In this document: positions 37,001-49,794 of the stretch, in pieces
Numbering within the stretch: position 1 is the stretch's first letter
Layout: each line of letters begins with the position of its first letter
Source: Selaginella moellendorffii
Taxonomy: Eukaryota; Plantae; Lycopodiophyta
Length of the DNA stretch: 64,000 bases
Direction of reading: 5' to 3'
Assembly (NCBI RefSeq): GCF_000143415.4
Contig: NW_003314281.1
Coordinates: forward strand, 1,158,481-1,222,480
Program-made: the position numbers and the translations under genes
The notes under the pieces: model-generated
Told to the model about the DNA's origin: nothing
The model's database searches: none
Seen by the model: only the letters and a program-made list of their open reading frames with translations

Positions 37001-38883
37001 GGTGTATGGGATTATAAGGTGAGCATACCTAGATTGAGGAACCACTCCCTAGGCTATTGGGTAGGTTCATCCCCAAGAATACTTGCTAACGCATGGTAGA
37101 AAATGCAAAGCCATTTTCCTAGTTTGGAGGCGAATAATCGAAGGAAATGTATGAGGCCAAAAGCAAGTAGTAAGGGGATAGAACCAAACCATAGGAATCG
37201 AAGAGCATAACCAAGGGTGGTTATGTTAGTTGAGAGTGGAGAATCAAGTGGGCGCTCGAGCATGTTGTTACTAGCAACCGTGGTGCCATGAAAAGTCTAA
37301 AGCATGGAATTGTCTATGCTAGACCATAAAGCAATTAGAAAGCTTGCGAAAAGAGAAGCCTTAGCAAGCTAAGGGACAGAGTTCCTTCAAGGTTCCCAAA
37401 GACAATTCTAGGTAGTGTGGTACCTAGAAACCCAAGTGTAAATGGTTCATAAAACGCCTGAAATCAGAGTAGCACAGCAAAAGCGTGGTCTTGAAGCTTG
37501 CCATAAAACCATACTATCAAGGTTGGGGAAGTAGTTTAGTAGGGAGATCACTAAGTGATCTTGTGGCTGAATAAGGACAAGGTCCTTGGTTGGCTAAGGA
37601 AGGAAGTTCCTAGTTCAAAGTGTTGATTTGAACTGTTTATGATGGTGTGGCTTGGTCAAGATGACCAAATGGGAAGAGCACCTAAGGGAAATAAGTTATA
37701 TCCATGCAATGGCATAGTGAGTCCAAGGAAAGTAGTCTCTATAAGAGACCCATGGGAGGGTCACTAAATTGGGCTATGAATAAAGCCATAGCAGAAAATG
37801 ATAAAGAGACATACTAGAGGTAAAGGCCCTCTAGACTTGGCAAAACAAAGTTTTTGCTATGGAACTGAAAGGATGCCTCAAGAATGGAGGTAGCGATCTG
37901 ATATTGCTAGGTGCAACAATCAAGGATAGGAGCAAAAAACTAGTGGTTAAGAAAAGAGCCATGGGAATCATGGGAAAGAATCCAAATGGCAAAGTTAGGC
38001 CAAGAACACTAATATGTTGGGAGCTAACGGGTTGTGGGAAAGGCAATGTTTTCCCAAGGATGGATTCCCAACCGCTCCGATTTGGCGAAAGAGGAAGCTC
38101 CAAGGGGGGAGCAGTAAGATAGCAAAATAATATGGCCGTGGGCAGCCCTAGCACAAATTATGATAACTAGAACTTAATGCTAAAGGTGGCACAATATTGA
38201 AGAGAGGATGATAGTGTCCTCAAATAGAGAACTTCCTAGGATGGGGAAGTGGAGTTGCACAATATGTGCAATGCAAAGTGTCGGAGACACCTAGGAAATT
38301 GACTTTGAGAAGTCAGAAGTAAAAATTCCAAAGTGCAAAGGTTATATCAATGGAAACTAAAACTATTTAAGAAGGAGTAGTGGATTGAGATAGAGACGGT
38401 GTCTCTAACAAGTTTAGCAAGGACTAAACCAATAAATGGAGAGAACCACCACAAGTGGTCGAATAAGTCTCTAAGTTGGAGAGACTATTCTCCTTAGAGG
38501 ATGGGCAAGGCATGGTGAGCCTTCAGTATCAAACCATTGACGAATATTGGCGAGGGGCCAAGGATGGAAACGGTAATACAAGTTCGTATTACTTTATAAA
38601 ATACTTTATCGTTTGATGAGGACATCGAACTTCGTCTATGGGTGGTGGAGTTGTGAGACACAAAATCCCTAGGCCCCAAAGTGGAGCCGAAAGGGTGCCA
38701 CGTGGTAGTGGCCGAAGCAAAAGCCAAACGAGCGTAACACATTTGGACTAAAAGCTCCGGCTTGAAGGGTTGAGAGCGGGAGTGGAACTCCCAATGATGT
38801 GCTCGAGGAACAAGCACGAAGCAAGCAATAAGTGAGTCTTTATAAAAAGGACACAAGAGGACCAACACATGACATGTGGAAAA

Positions 38884-39330
38884 GTCCGAGATGGAGTCCG
38901 AGATGGACTTGAGATGGACCCAAGATGGAGTCCGAGATGGAGTCCGAGATGGAGTCTGAAATGGAGCTCGAGATAGAGTCCGAAATGGACCCGAGATGGA
39001 CCCGAGATGGAGTTCGAGATGGAGTCCGAGATGGACCCGAGATGGACCCGAGATAGAGTCCGAGATGGAGTCCGAGATGGACCCAAGATGGAGCCTGAGA
39101 TGGAGTCCGAGATGGACCCAAGATGGAGTCTGAGATGGAGTCCGAAATGGACCCAAGATGGAGTCTGAGATGGAGTTCGAGATGGAGTCCGAAGTCGAGA
39201 TCAAGACCAGGACTGGGACTGAGACCGAGACCAAGACCAAAACCGAGACCGAGACAGGACCGAGACCGAGGCCGAGGCCGAGACTGAGACCGAGCCCGAG
39301 TCCGAGTCCGAGTCCAAGTTTGAGTCTGAG
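38884..39330 (+). repeat. Same minisatellite in the 3' LTR, with more 11/12-mer units
   Basis: Directly visible tandem units. Confidence 0.9.
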
Positions 39331-39795
39331 GGGGTGAAAGCCCAAAGCATTCGTCTCCTAGACCCTGGGGGGTTTGGTGAGCTCCAAAAGTATAGTAGGG
39401 GGAGGACTCCAGTGGAGCTAGTTTGGCCAGGAAAGGCCAGTTTGGCCCAGGAAAGCTGTACCCAGACGTTGGGTGATGGGATAACCACTGGGAAGTCCAA
39501 GGCTAGAGTGAATATGGACTGACAAGCGGGGTAGCTTGGTGAAGTATTCAAGAGCCGGCTCTAGTTCCCCCAGGAGATCGATTAGTCGATGCTCCCAGTC
39601 CAAGTGTGGGTGGCACTACTTACTTGGATACCTGGCGTGGCTCAACGAAACCTCGTCTCTAAGCCCATGGCTAGAGCACCCAAAGGCAGAAGGTATGGAG
39701 AGTACCCACGAGGCTCGCGTAAGGCCACGGTGTTCCAAAATGTTGTCCCAAAGTCCTAGATTGTGAAAAGGAAGAGGAGCAATTCTCTGATGTAT

Positions 39796-40227
39796 NNNNN
39801 NNNNNNNNNNNNNNNNNNNNNNNNNNNNNNNNNNNNNNNNNNNNNNNNNNNNNNNNNNNNNNNNNNNNNNNNNNNNNNNNNNNNNNNNNNNNNNNNNNNN
39901 NNNNNNNNNNNNNNNNNNNNNNNNNNNNNNNNNNNNNNNNNNNNNNNNNNNNNNNNNNNNNNNNNNNNNNNNNNNNNNNNNNNNNNNNNNNNNNNNNNNN
40001 NNNNNNNNNNNNNNNNNNNNNNNNNNNNNNNNNNNNNNNNNNNNNNNNNNNNNNNNNNNNNNNNNNNNNNNNNNNNNNNNNNNNNNNNNNNNNNNNNNNN
40101 NNNNNNNNNNNNNNNNNNNNNNNNNNNNNNNNNNNNNNNNNNNNNNNNNNNNNNNNNNNNNNNNNNNNNNNNNNNNNNNNNNNNNNNNNNNNNNNNNNNN
40201 NNNNNNNNNNNNNNNNNNNNNNNNNNN
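39796..40227. other. Assembly gap inside the family B 3' LTR
   Basis: N run. Confidence 0.95.
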
Positions 40228-43200
40228 CCCAGAGGACTATGGGACTTAGTGGTCGGGCCTATGGGCCTTGATCCAATGGTAGTGATAGCGAATACGGCCA
40301 TGGATAAAAATGGTCTTGGTGAGGACCGGAAAAGGGATATTGGGGAATGCTATTCCCCATGCTTGTAGGCATCCTAAGTATGTTAAGTAATGGATCTGGG
40401 ATGATCACTTTTGGATGGATGGCCCAGTCTTTGAGAAACTGGACTGTGATGTAGGTGGTGTTAGACCACCAGTGTGACCAAGGTAAAGGGGTATGGCCTT
40501 AGCGTAACAGGCTGATATGTCGGTGGTACCTTGGGGTGTCAGTCTTAGGATTGGACACATGGAGCACTTGGACCAAGTGCAAAGGATGAGTGGCATGGAT
40601 GCCATTCTTGAGGCTAGCACGCCCAAGTTCGGAATAGGACTTATAAAGGTTATGAGTGAGACCCTCCAAGTGGTCGAAGGTGTGGTTAAGTGATTAGAGT
40701 AGAATGGAAAAGTTAGTCGCTTACACTCTTTCCTTTTCATTCATCATCATGGCAAATCAACAATCTCCTTCTTTGACTCTAGAGCAACAATTGGTACAAT
40801 TGCTTGATGCTATGAGCTTGTAATTGAACAACCAAACTAAGTTGATGGCAGCATTCACGGCACGTGGTCCAGCTCCTCTTGCTCTTGGTGCCAATCCTCA
40901 CGTTCAGCTAAAGTTCTTTCGTGGGAATCCTAGGGATGATGTGTACTATTGGTTTGATCACTTCACAGTGCTTGCCATATATCATTCTTGGGATGAGGAG
41001 TCTTCTCCCGGACGTATTCAAACATACATTTGGACATGCTAATGATTGTGATGATGCCTTCCAGCACCATTTGAATTGGTGATGCAATTTGGCGTTTGTT
41101 TTTGAAGCCTCTTGCTTCATGTGGAGCCAAATATGTTGGAGCGGATCAAGCTAGGAATGTTGTGGCCAACTCTTCGTCCAGATCTTGTTGGACTTGTGTA
41201 TGCATTTGCTCCAGCCACCCTTGACAATGCTCTTCGCTTGGCACAACGTTATGAGATGTCACCTCTATCCACTTCTCACTGCATGTCCTTCCACTCCACT
41301 TTCTGTGGGCAATGGTCTTGTTCCAATGGAGGTTGATGCTATTGCTACTTGAGTCTAAGGACAAGGACGAAGATGTGGTCGTGGTTGTGACATTCGCTGT
41401 TGGGCATGTGATGAAATTGGTCACACTTATCGGTGTTGTCGGTGTTTTCCAGATTAGCGACCTCCATTTCTTGGGTGGAGACCTTGGCATCAACAATGTC
41501 CAGTTGGTGCTGCTGCAGTGGAAGGTTTGGACACTGAGATGCATCCGGGAAAGAAGGAGTTGCATGAGTAACAGAGGGATCTTGCGCGAATAAGTCAATA
41601 ACCCCTCCATCTTTCTTTCGGGAGTATCATTAAGGGGTTCACTCAGCACCAGTTCATCTAGTGTTTACTTTCCAAGCTCGTTTTTATAACAAGAGGTCTC
41701 CTTATTCTCTCCTTGTTGGTTGATACAGATTCGAGTTTATCTTCAATTGTTTGACCTGTTGCCACACATTGCCGTCTACACTTGCGTCGTGCGGCAGAAC
41801 CAGTTTTCATTCTTTATGACAACAGCCGTACACATGCATGTGCATGGGATGAGGCGGATTTGGTTGTGCATGTGGGTGATCTCGAGCTTGGGTTGCAGTC
41901 ATTCCAGGTGGTGCCGAGTCAAGCTTTTGACCTCATCCTTGGTATGGATTGGTTGCAATGCAATCATGCCAAGTGTGACTTTGAGGCTTCTCCCCCTTAT
42001 CTCATACTTATGTTTCCATGTTGTTCTACTCTTCCCTTTTCTGATCCCTTCTACAATCTTTATGCTGCAGTGGTTGACCAGCTCATGAAGGAGTATTCTG
42101 ATCTCTTTGAATTTGATTTATCGTCTGGAGCCAAGATTGCCATATGTCATCCGATTCCAACTAGAGATGCTCATCCAATCAAGGTTCCTATTCGTCATCG
42201 GTCACCCAAAGATATCAAAATTTTATGTGCAAACGTCAAGGAGATGCTGGAGAATGGTGTTATTCGATAGTCATGGAGTCCTTGGGCATGTGAACTTCAT
42301 CTTGTGACGAAGCCTGATGGGAGTATTTGTTTCTACATTGACTATTGTCCATTAAATGAAGTGACGATCCCAAATGTGTACCCTCTTCCTCACACTGTTG
42401 ATCTCTTGGATTGTCTGAGGAGAAGTCATTAGTTCACCAAGTTAAATCTTGTTTTTGGGTACTGCCAAGTACCAATGGCTGAAGAAGATATTCTTAAGAC
42501 TGTTTTTCGTACATTGTTTGGTTTGTACGAGTTCTTGGTGATGTTGTTTGGTTTGAACAATGCTTCAGCAACTTTTCAGTGGATGATGGATGAGGTTCTT
42601 TGTGATATGCCAGAGGTGACTGCTGACTTCATTGATGATGTCTTGATCCACTCGGAGGGGATATGGGAGGAGCACGTTTGTGATGTTTGTAAAGTGTTAA
42701 ATCGGCTATGGGACGTTAATTTAAAGCTGAAGTAATTGAAGTGCGTGTTTGGGTCCAAGGATACGACTTATCTTGGGTACCGTATTTCTTGTGAGGGTTT
42801 GCAAGTTGATCATGACAAACTTGTGGCTGTTCTAAAATTTCTTACTCCGAAGTGTATGAATGATGTGCAGTGCTTCCTAGGCAAGGTGTAGTATTTTAGT
42901 CATTTTGTGAATCATCTTTTTGATTGCACTACACCATTGCGAGTATTGTTGAAGTCATCAACGTCATCTTTCATTTGGTCTCCGGATTGTGAGCAGGCGT
43001 TCATGTATCTCAAAGAGCTCTTGACAACTCCAGTTTTGATATATCCTGACTACACTTGACCTTTTATTTTGCACGTGGATGCTTATGATATTGGTCTTGG
43101 AAGTGTGTTGATGCAAGAGAGCCCGAGTGTGCTTGGTTAGTGCCATCCCATTGCATATATAAACCATACATTACAACCAATAGAGGTGAACTACTCCACG

Positions 43201-46150
43201 ATAGAGAAGGAGTGTTTAGCAGCAGTCTGGGGTTTTGAGAAACTTCATGCATATCTATATAGTTCTTGGACATTATTTGAAGGTGATCATGTTACTGTTA
43301 CTTCATTATTAAAGTGAAAGAACCTAGTTAGTCATACTGCTCGGTGAGCTTTGAAGCTTCAGATATATGATTTTGATGTTCATCGCCCCAAGAATTTTAT
43401 GGCTGATATTGATGCCCTTTCTCAAGCTCCTCTTCCTTCTCCACTCTCTTCTCATATTTTTAGAGGCTATTGTTCTGGCATCTGTGGAGTTTCTAGACAA
43501 GGATTCTATGCTGTCAGCGATTGTTGTACTTGACGTTCAGTGTCCATAAGGTGTAGAGCAAAATCTACCTTCTCTTGATGAGGTTCGCGAGGCTTAAGAG
43601 CTTGAGCCATGGATTCGAAGGCTTCGAGATGGGTTTGAGAATCCTACATCACTTGCTGATGACTTGCCATTTCGGCATTTACATTCTCAGCATTGCCTTG
43701 AAGATGGCCTTCTTTATTTTGTGCGGATGGATCATGATGATCCTTTACGGCTGGTGGTGCCTTCTGTTTTTATTCCATGGTTTTTCCATGCCTACTATAA
43801 TTCTCTTGTTCTAGGTGGGCATATGGGACTTCGTTATGTGACCGAGAAGTTGTGTAGGTCTTCTATTAGCTAAAGATGTGACTTGAGGTCAATTGCTGGC
43901 AATGAGTATGTTGTTATTGCTTCTAATTACTTGACTCGTTGGGTGGAAGTTAGTGCCCTTACTAGTGCCTCTGCAACTGCCTTTAGATACTTCTTCCTCA
44001 ATTGAGTGGTGTTCCAGCATTCTTGTCTAGAGCGGATTCTTTTGGATAATGGTCCAACATTTATAGCTGTGGCATTTCATGTTTTGATGTCTCGATTGGA
44101 GATACGCCACACTTTCATGAGTGCTTATCATCTATAATTAGACGGTTTGGTGGAATGGATTGTTCAGACGTTCAAAGGGATGATCGCAAAGTATGTGAAC
44201 TTTTAGCATTTAGATTGGGATGGTTATTTGCCGTCTCTTTGGTATGCATATGTCATAGGGGTGTAGAGTTTTATTAGTGCTTCACTATATAAACTCCTAT
44301 ATGGTCATGATCTAATATTACTAATAGAGCTGAGTTTACCTTTGCGATTGCCACAAGCTGCCAATACTAAGTTATGGGATCAGTATTTGACAAGCATTCT
44401 TCCACTTGTCTGAGCAGAGTCTGCCGAACACTTAAGCCACGTACAAGTGGGACAACAACTCCCATCATCGTCCACCTGCGGAGTACAAAGTGGATGACTT
44501 GGTGTTAGTCTGTTTTCCCCATCTTACGATATATGGCAAGTTGGACTACAAGTTTATGAGGTTCGGCATGACATTTAGCAAATTGATCCTCCATAAATTG
44601 TGCATGTGCAACGGTTAAAACACTTTATACCAAGGGATCAAGAGCAATTAATATCACCTACAGATCCGCCAATGCCTCCTCTTGACATTCCTCTTGATCC
44701 CGGCCCATCTACAAGAGAACCCTAATGGTCTTCTATTATTCTAAGAGGAGGGGATGATGTGAGTGCCAAATGTACGATTATGATGCCGTATACTAATATT
44801 AGCATAGTGGGATTTTAGTAGCCGTCGGATTGGTTTCAATCCGGACCACTCGCTCCTGTATATAAACTAGGGTTTTTGGGCTAATTGACATGCATATTTT
44901 CTGTATTCCCTTTCCATATTTATGCACTTACATTATAAACTTGATATTTAAATATTCTTCAAGAACTACATTACATTATCCATAGTTCTCTAACCAATAT
45001 CAAAATCACATTCCACACCAACAGAAGATGAGAAATAAAAGACATTGTGTAATTACTTTCTATAGAAGCTAATGATAGCAACACAACAAAGATGGGGTAA
45101 CATTCATATTATCACACCCCACAACACCAAAAGCTTGACCAAACGAAGCAATATTAGAAGCCATAAATGATATATTGCTTAATTGATAATGGCATGGCAG
45201 AAAAAAAATTTAAAAAAGAAGAATATATCTAATAGCTATAAACCTAGATTTGGAGAAAAGCTAATATAGATCTAAATCTAAAAGAGAATAAAGGAATAAA
45301 AACAAAAGTATGATCTTTAAAGTAGTGCTAAAAAGTTTGAAATAGCACACCAATGTGAGTGCTTGAAATATAAGAATAGGTATGGTTTAACCTTATTTAT
45401 ATACAAAAATGCATATACCATATTCAATCCTAAATAGAGAATTCATATGCTATAGTACTATAATTAGGGTATTACCTAGTTAGAGATACTTATAGATCTT
45501 ATAACAAAGAATATCAAGGAAAATATCTGCTAAAAAAAAGGTTAAAAAAAAATTAAAAATAAAATAATAGAGTTTCTTTTTAAACTTCGTTTATAGAGAT
45601 CTTTACCTATCAATTGACAAACTAACATAATAAATTAATTTTAAATAAAAGAATTGAATTTATAGGTTTTAAAAGATTATTATAAATTTCATTTATATTT
45701 TAATTAAATCTATTAAAATAATAATCCTCATGGCCTTATGAAATTCACCATAGCTTTCTATAGCCACTGACTGCTTTAGCAATAGCAACATAGTTAGCTG
45801 TTGTGATAAAATAATATTAACCATAAAATGTCAAACTTAGAAGAAGATAACAACAATACTCAATATACCCACACTGCAACAGCCCCGAGTGGGGGTTCGT
45901 CGGGGCGGGGAGGCCGGCCTTCGTGGTGCTAGAAACCCCTCCTCCTTAAAACCTTTGCATTTTGTTTGTAACTAGCAATACAAATAAATGTCAAGTGAAT
46001 CTAAAAACAAAAATATAGGTGTAAAGATAAATCAGATTTGATAGAATATATTAGAATTATATCTAAACTCATGAAAAATATTAAATATTTAAATGTTAAG
46101 TAACAAATAATTCTCTATTTTGTATATGCATTAGAAATTCTTGTAGTTAA

Positions 46151-46630
46151 TTACACTTTGCACTTATCTGATACATATGATAAAGTATCTCCCTCAAGCC
46201 AAATTCCCATGTCAAAATGCACTGCAAAATCATTTGATGGAGTTCCAAAATCAATCCAATCAATATACCATCCAGCATGAGACCCCATATTATCATGTGA
46301 TATTATCATTCTACATATTTTATCATATTCTGAAAAACATGTACCTTGAACATCAAACACATCAGTACTACAACGTTCAAAATCATCATAATTGGTATGG
46401 TCTAAATTCCGGTAAGTTAAAGTGACTCCAGATAATGAAGTAAATATAATGTCCACATTTGCATCAGTACCTGCTAACCATACACATCCAGTTTTTATTA
46501 CAATTTTATATTTACACTAAACAAAAATATTAAGCTTAAAAAATTTAAAATAAAATTTATTTACCTGTTGTCCTAAATTAAACTCTACATAAAGAGTAAG
46601 ATAAACAATCAATAAAGCAATGAGTTTCAT
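46151..46630 (-). CDS. Small secreted PLAT/LH2-domain protein (143 aa, 2 exons: 46630-46565, 46516-46151)
   Basis: Signal peptide MKLIALLIVYLTL; 48-bp GT-AG intron; CKYKIVIKTG...AGTDANV, FERCSTDVF, HDN.G...GWY.DWI are typical PLAT motifs. Confidence 0.85.
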
Positions 46631-48154
46631 TATCAAACTTTAAGCTATTTTAGCTTTTTTTCTCTGTAATTTATAAATAACACTTTAAAAAAGTTATACA
46701 TTGTTTTGACCACTGTAAAAAGTTTTATAAGAATTAACTAGCTAAAATTTTTATCACTACACAATAAGATAAACCTTATATAAACTTATCTAAATACTAT
46801 TAACCATAAACCATTTGTTAATTTACCATATAAAAGATTAGGAAAAGTACATAGAAAACCACCAGTAACGTCCAAGAACTATGTAGATATGCAACATATA
46901 CAACAACATGGTGAATCCAGCATGATAAACCTCTTCAAGCAACTTATAGTTGGGACTTGTCCGTGTCCACATGAAGCCCAATGCCTGGCCAAGAACACCA
47001 CCTTTCTCGACCTTAGTATGGGCAAGCTCTGTCGTTGAAAAATGACCCAATCTACTTATGTGCAACTCACTCCTGATCCTGAGAGCTGGTGCCTGAGCCT
47101 CGGTGCCAGTGCCCAAAGCTCGGGAGATGTGTCGGAGCTCCGGGCGCCTGAGTGTCTTGCTTGAGTCGCTGATCAATACAAATAAAAATTTTAGAAAATT
47201 TTCTAGCAAAAAATTTCTATGAATTGAATTATCTTGAAAAGGTTGACAAAATTTCAGTTACAAACTGTAGATACCGTTTTAAATTTTTCAAGTAGAAAAT
47301 CTCGTGATGTTCACAACATTGTTGCAAATTAACCATACCAAAACTGGAAGTTAAGGGTGATCTCATGCTTCTGTCGCTACTAGGGTGTTAAGCACGTCTG
47401 GTTTAGCCCAATACTGAAGCATCTCTGGCACTGCTGTGGTGAATTAGCGATTTTTAAAGTACGCTACTGTGTTGAAGAAAACTCGAGAGTTCGAATGCGG
47501 TTGGTTTTCGTCATTTTGTATGTGTAGTTTGGAAGGTTTGTGTGTGGCACATCAAGAAGGTAGGCGAGTTTCTCATATCTCCCAACCAGGAAGCCGTGCG
47601 AGACCTCTTTGCGGTCGTCTACAGAGGAAGCACAGGATGGAATGCGGATCCATCAGCTGCTGGAGGAGTTTATCCCGCATCTAGCACAACTTCCATGTCG
47701 ACGGCGTTGGAACCACGTCCTTCAGGCCTAAAGGCAATCTACAGAAAGAACGATGCTGGAATCCTCTAAGCACCTTCGAGAAAGGTTGGCCACCTTCGTC
47801 CGACTCGTCTTCAAAACCGACAGGGGTAGCTGCTACAGCTTCTGAATGCAACCAGCACAGATGTTCAAGCAGCACGTCCTTCGCAAGCTTGCCGAAGGAA
47901 AGCTCGTGTTGAAAGGTGGCGAAGTGACATCTAGATCATGGTCGTCTTTTTGGTTCTCCTCCAGAAGAGGCCAATTTCGTTTGTTATGACGGCCCAGCAA
48001 GCGATCGCATTCAACAACACGTCCAAAAGATTCCCATGTAGATTTCACTCTCTTGCAAGCAAAGAAATGAGACAAGCGTAAGTTTCTCCATTGCCTGCCG
48101 TCTGTAACCTTAAAGCCTCTCCTGCCTCTTCTGAGAAGTTTTACCAGATACCTC

Positions 48155-48985
48155 TCAGCCCGTGGATTGATGATCATCGATGTCCTGGTTTTCTCGCAGC
48201 TCCATGAGCTCGTCCCTGTCGACAAACCTGTGGAGGACTTCGTCCGAAGGGACGATGCACTTGTCGGAGCGTCCAAACCAGCGGTAGCGATGTTTGGCGA
48301 CGTAGTCATAGGCGGCGTCTCGGAGTGGAGCTGGGATCACGAGGAAGGAACTGAGTGCTGAGTATGGAAATGGAAGGTAGGACGCGACTCTCAATGCCGC
48401 TGCAAGCAACGCAAGAAAGAGATTGCGGGCTGATCAATCGAACGAAAAGAAAAGTTTTGTAGCTGTGAACTTGCCTGAGGATCCGGAAGAGCAAACACCC
48501 GGCCCTTCCACAAAGATGAACCTCCGGAGGACGTCCTCGCGTCCAACTCCGCAAGCGATGAGATATGGCTCCGCGGCCTTGGATTGCACGGAGCAAAAGC
48601 TGATGCATTCGTCTTTGTCCTTGTCAATCACCCATTTCACTCCTGGGACGATCGAGGAAGCAAAACAAAAAATCTTAGAAGAGAGAGTTACGCGATTTTT
48701 TTTTTTTTTACCGGCATTGCAGAGATGGCAGACCCCGTCATAGATGATCACGCGAGGAATCAAGAGAAAAGGGGCGACGGGAGTGAATTTCACATTCGTT
48801 AAGGCCTGCCGCGGCTCGGATGGTGCTGTGAAAGGTATTGTCGAAAGGTACCTTCTCGATTCTTTAGCTGCAAAAACGCGATCAAGGCGATGCGAGTGCC
48901 TACATTCTAGAAATCATGGATCGATCACACCTTGCGATGCGATTGGCGAGGCCAGGCTCCCGACGCACGCCAAGACGCGCTGCAT
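48155..48985 (-). CDS. DCC1: DCC family (DUF393) thiol-disulfide oxidoreductase, organelle-targeted, 4 exons
   Basis: YDGVCHLC, FCSVQS, LRDAAYDYVAKHRYRWFG; spliced model from ATG 48985 (MQRVLACVG...). Confidence 0.88.
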
Positions 48986-49059
48986 TCTTCTTCCAAATCA
49001 TTCATGCGCAAGAGCCCTAGCCCTAGACACAGGGGGTTTAACAAATATTTCTAGGGCAA

Positions 49060-49685
49060 ATGGCAGAGAGCGTGGAGCAAAGGCGCGAGCGGCTGCGTGC
49101 GCTGCGCGAGGCTGTGGAGCTCGGCGGCGCTGGGGATGAGGATGCGCCTGGAGTGGAAGCCGCCGATGGCGATGGCGAGCAAGAGGTCGATGCGAATGGC
49201 AAAGAAAATTTACAAGAGGAGAAAGCGTAAGTCTCGATCGCAGGGGTGATTGTGTGTTTATTCTTTACGTTTTCTCGTGCTTGTAGAGATCTTCCGCCTA
49301 TAAGGTTTCGGAATTATTTACCGCGCGACGAGGAGCTCCAAAAGTTGAAAAGAGAACCTCCTGTTCTTCCCAAATTCGAGGATCCCGTTGCCGTGCCTAC
49401 TGATACAAGCAATGCAGAGGTATGGAAGAATTTTTTTTCTTTCTCTAGGCTGCAACTCTTTCTTTCATTCAGGATCCCATGCTTAGCATCGCTCCAAAGA
49501 AGGCCAACTGGGACTTGCGTAGAGACGCTACAAAGAAGCTGGAGAAACTGGAGAAACGAACAACGCGTGCTATAATCGAACTCATGGGTAAGTCATTCTA
49601 AGCTTCTTCGTTCTTGAAACTTATCTTGCTTTGAGCAGCCGGAGAGAAAGAAAACCGGAAGAAACTAGGCTATGAACAAGACTAA
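49060..49685 (+). CDS. CWF18: CWF18/CCDC12 pre-mRNA splicing factor, 4 exons
   Basis: RRERLRALR, RFRNYLPRDE, IAPKKANWDLRRD..KKLEKLEKRT; GT-AG introns. Confidence 0.9.
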
Positions 49686-49794
49686 GCTTCTCTTCGCTTT
49701 TTTGTTCTCCTAGAAGGAACTGTATTTGTACAACTCTGAAGGCTAATCTCTTTTTTACTTCGACTACAAAATTGAATCACTGGGACTAGTTTTC

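Larger units (their letters stand above)
33447..40725 (+). mobile_element. Non-autonomous LTR element (family B), TSD CTCTT
   Basis: LTRs 33447-35369 and 38652-40725 (TG...CA), PBS TGGTATCGGAGC ~35373, PPT ~38639-38651, CTCTT at 33442-33446 and 40726-40730. Purine-rich ~3.3 kb internal region without intact ORFs. Confidence 0.92.
33203..44875 (+). mobile_element. Decayed Ty3/gypsy element (family C) with gag-pol remnants, interrupted by a family B insertion
   Basis: Direct repeats 33203-~33318 and 44758-~44873 start TGTGAG; PPT AAGAGGAGGGGA at 44743; gag from ~40749, ILGMDWL protease, RT (GLYEFLVMLFGLNNA, FIDDVLI), RNaseH and integrase up to ~44630. Confidence 0.82.
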
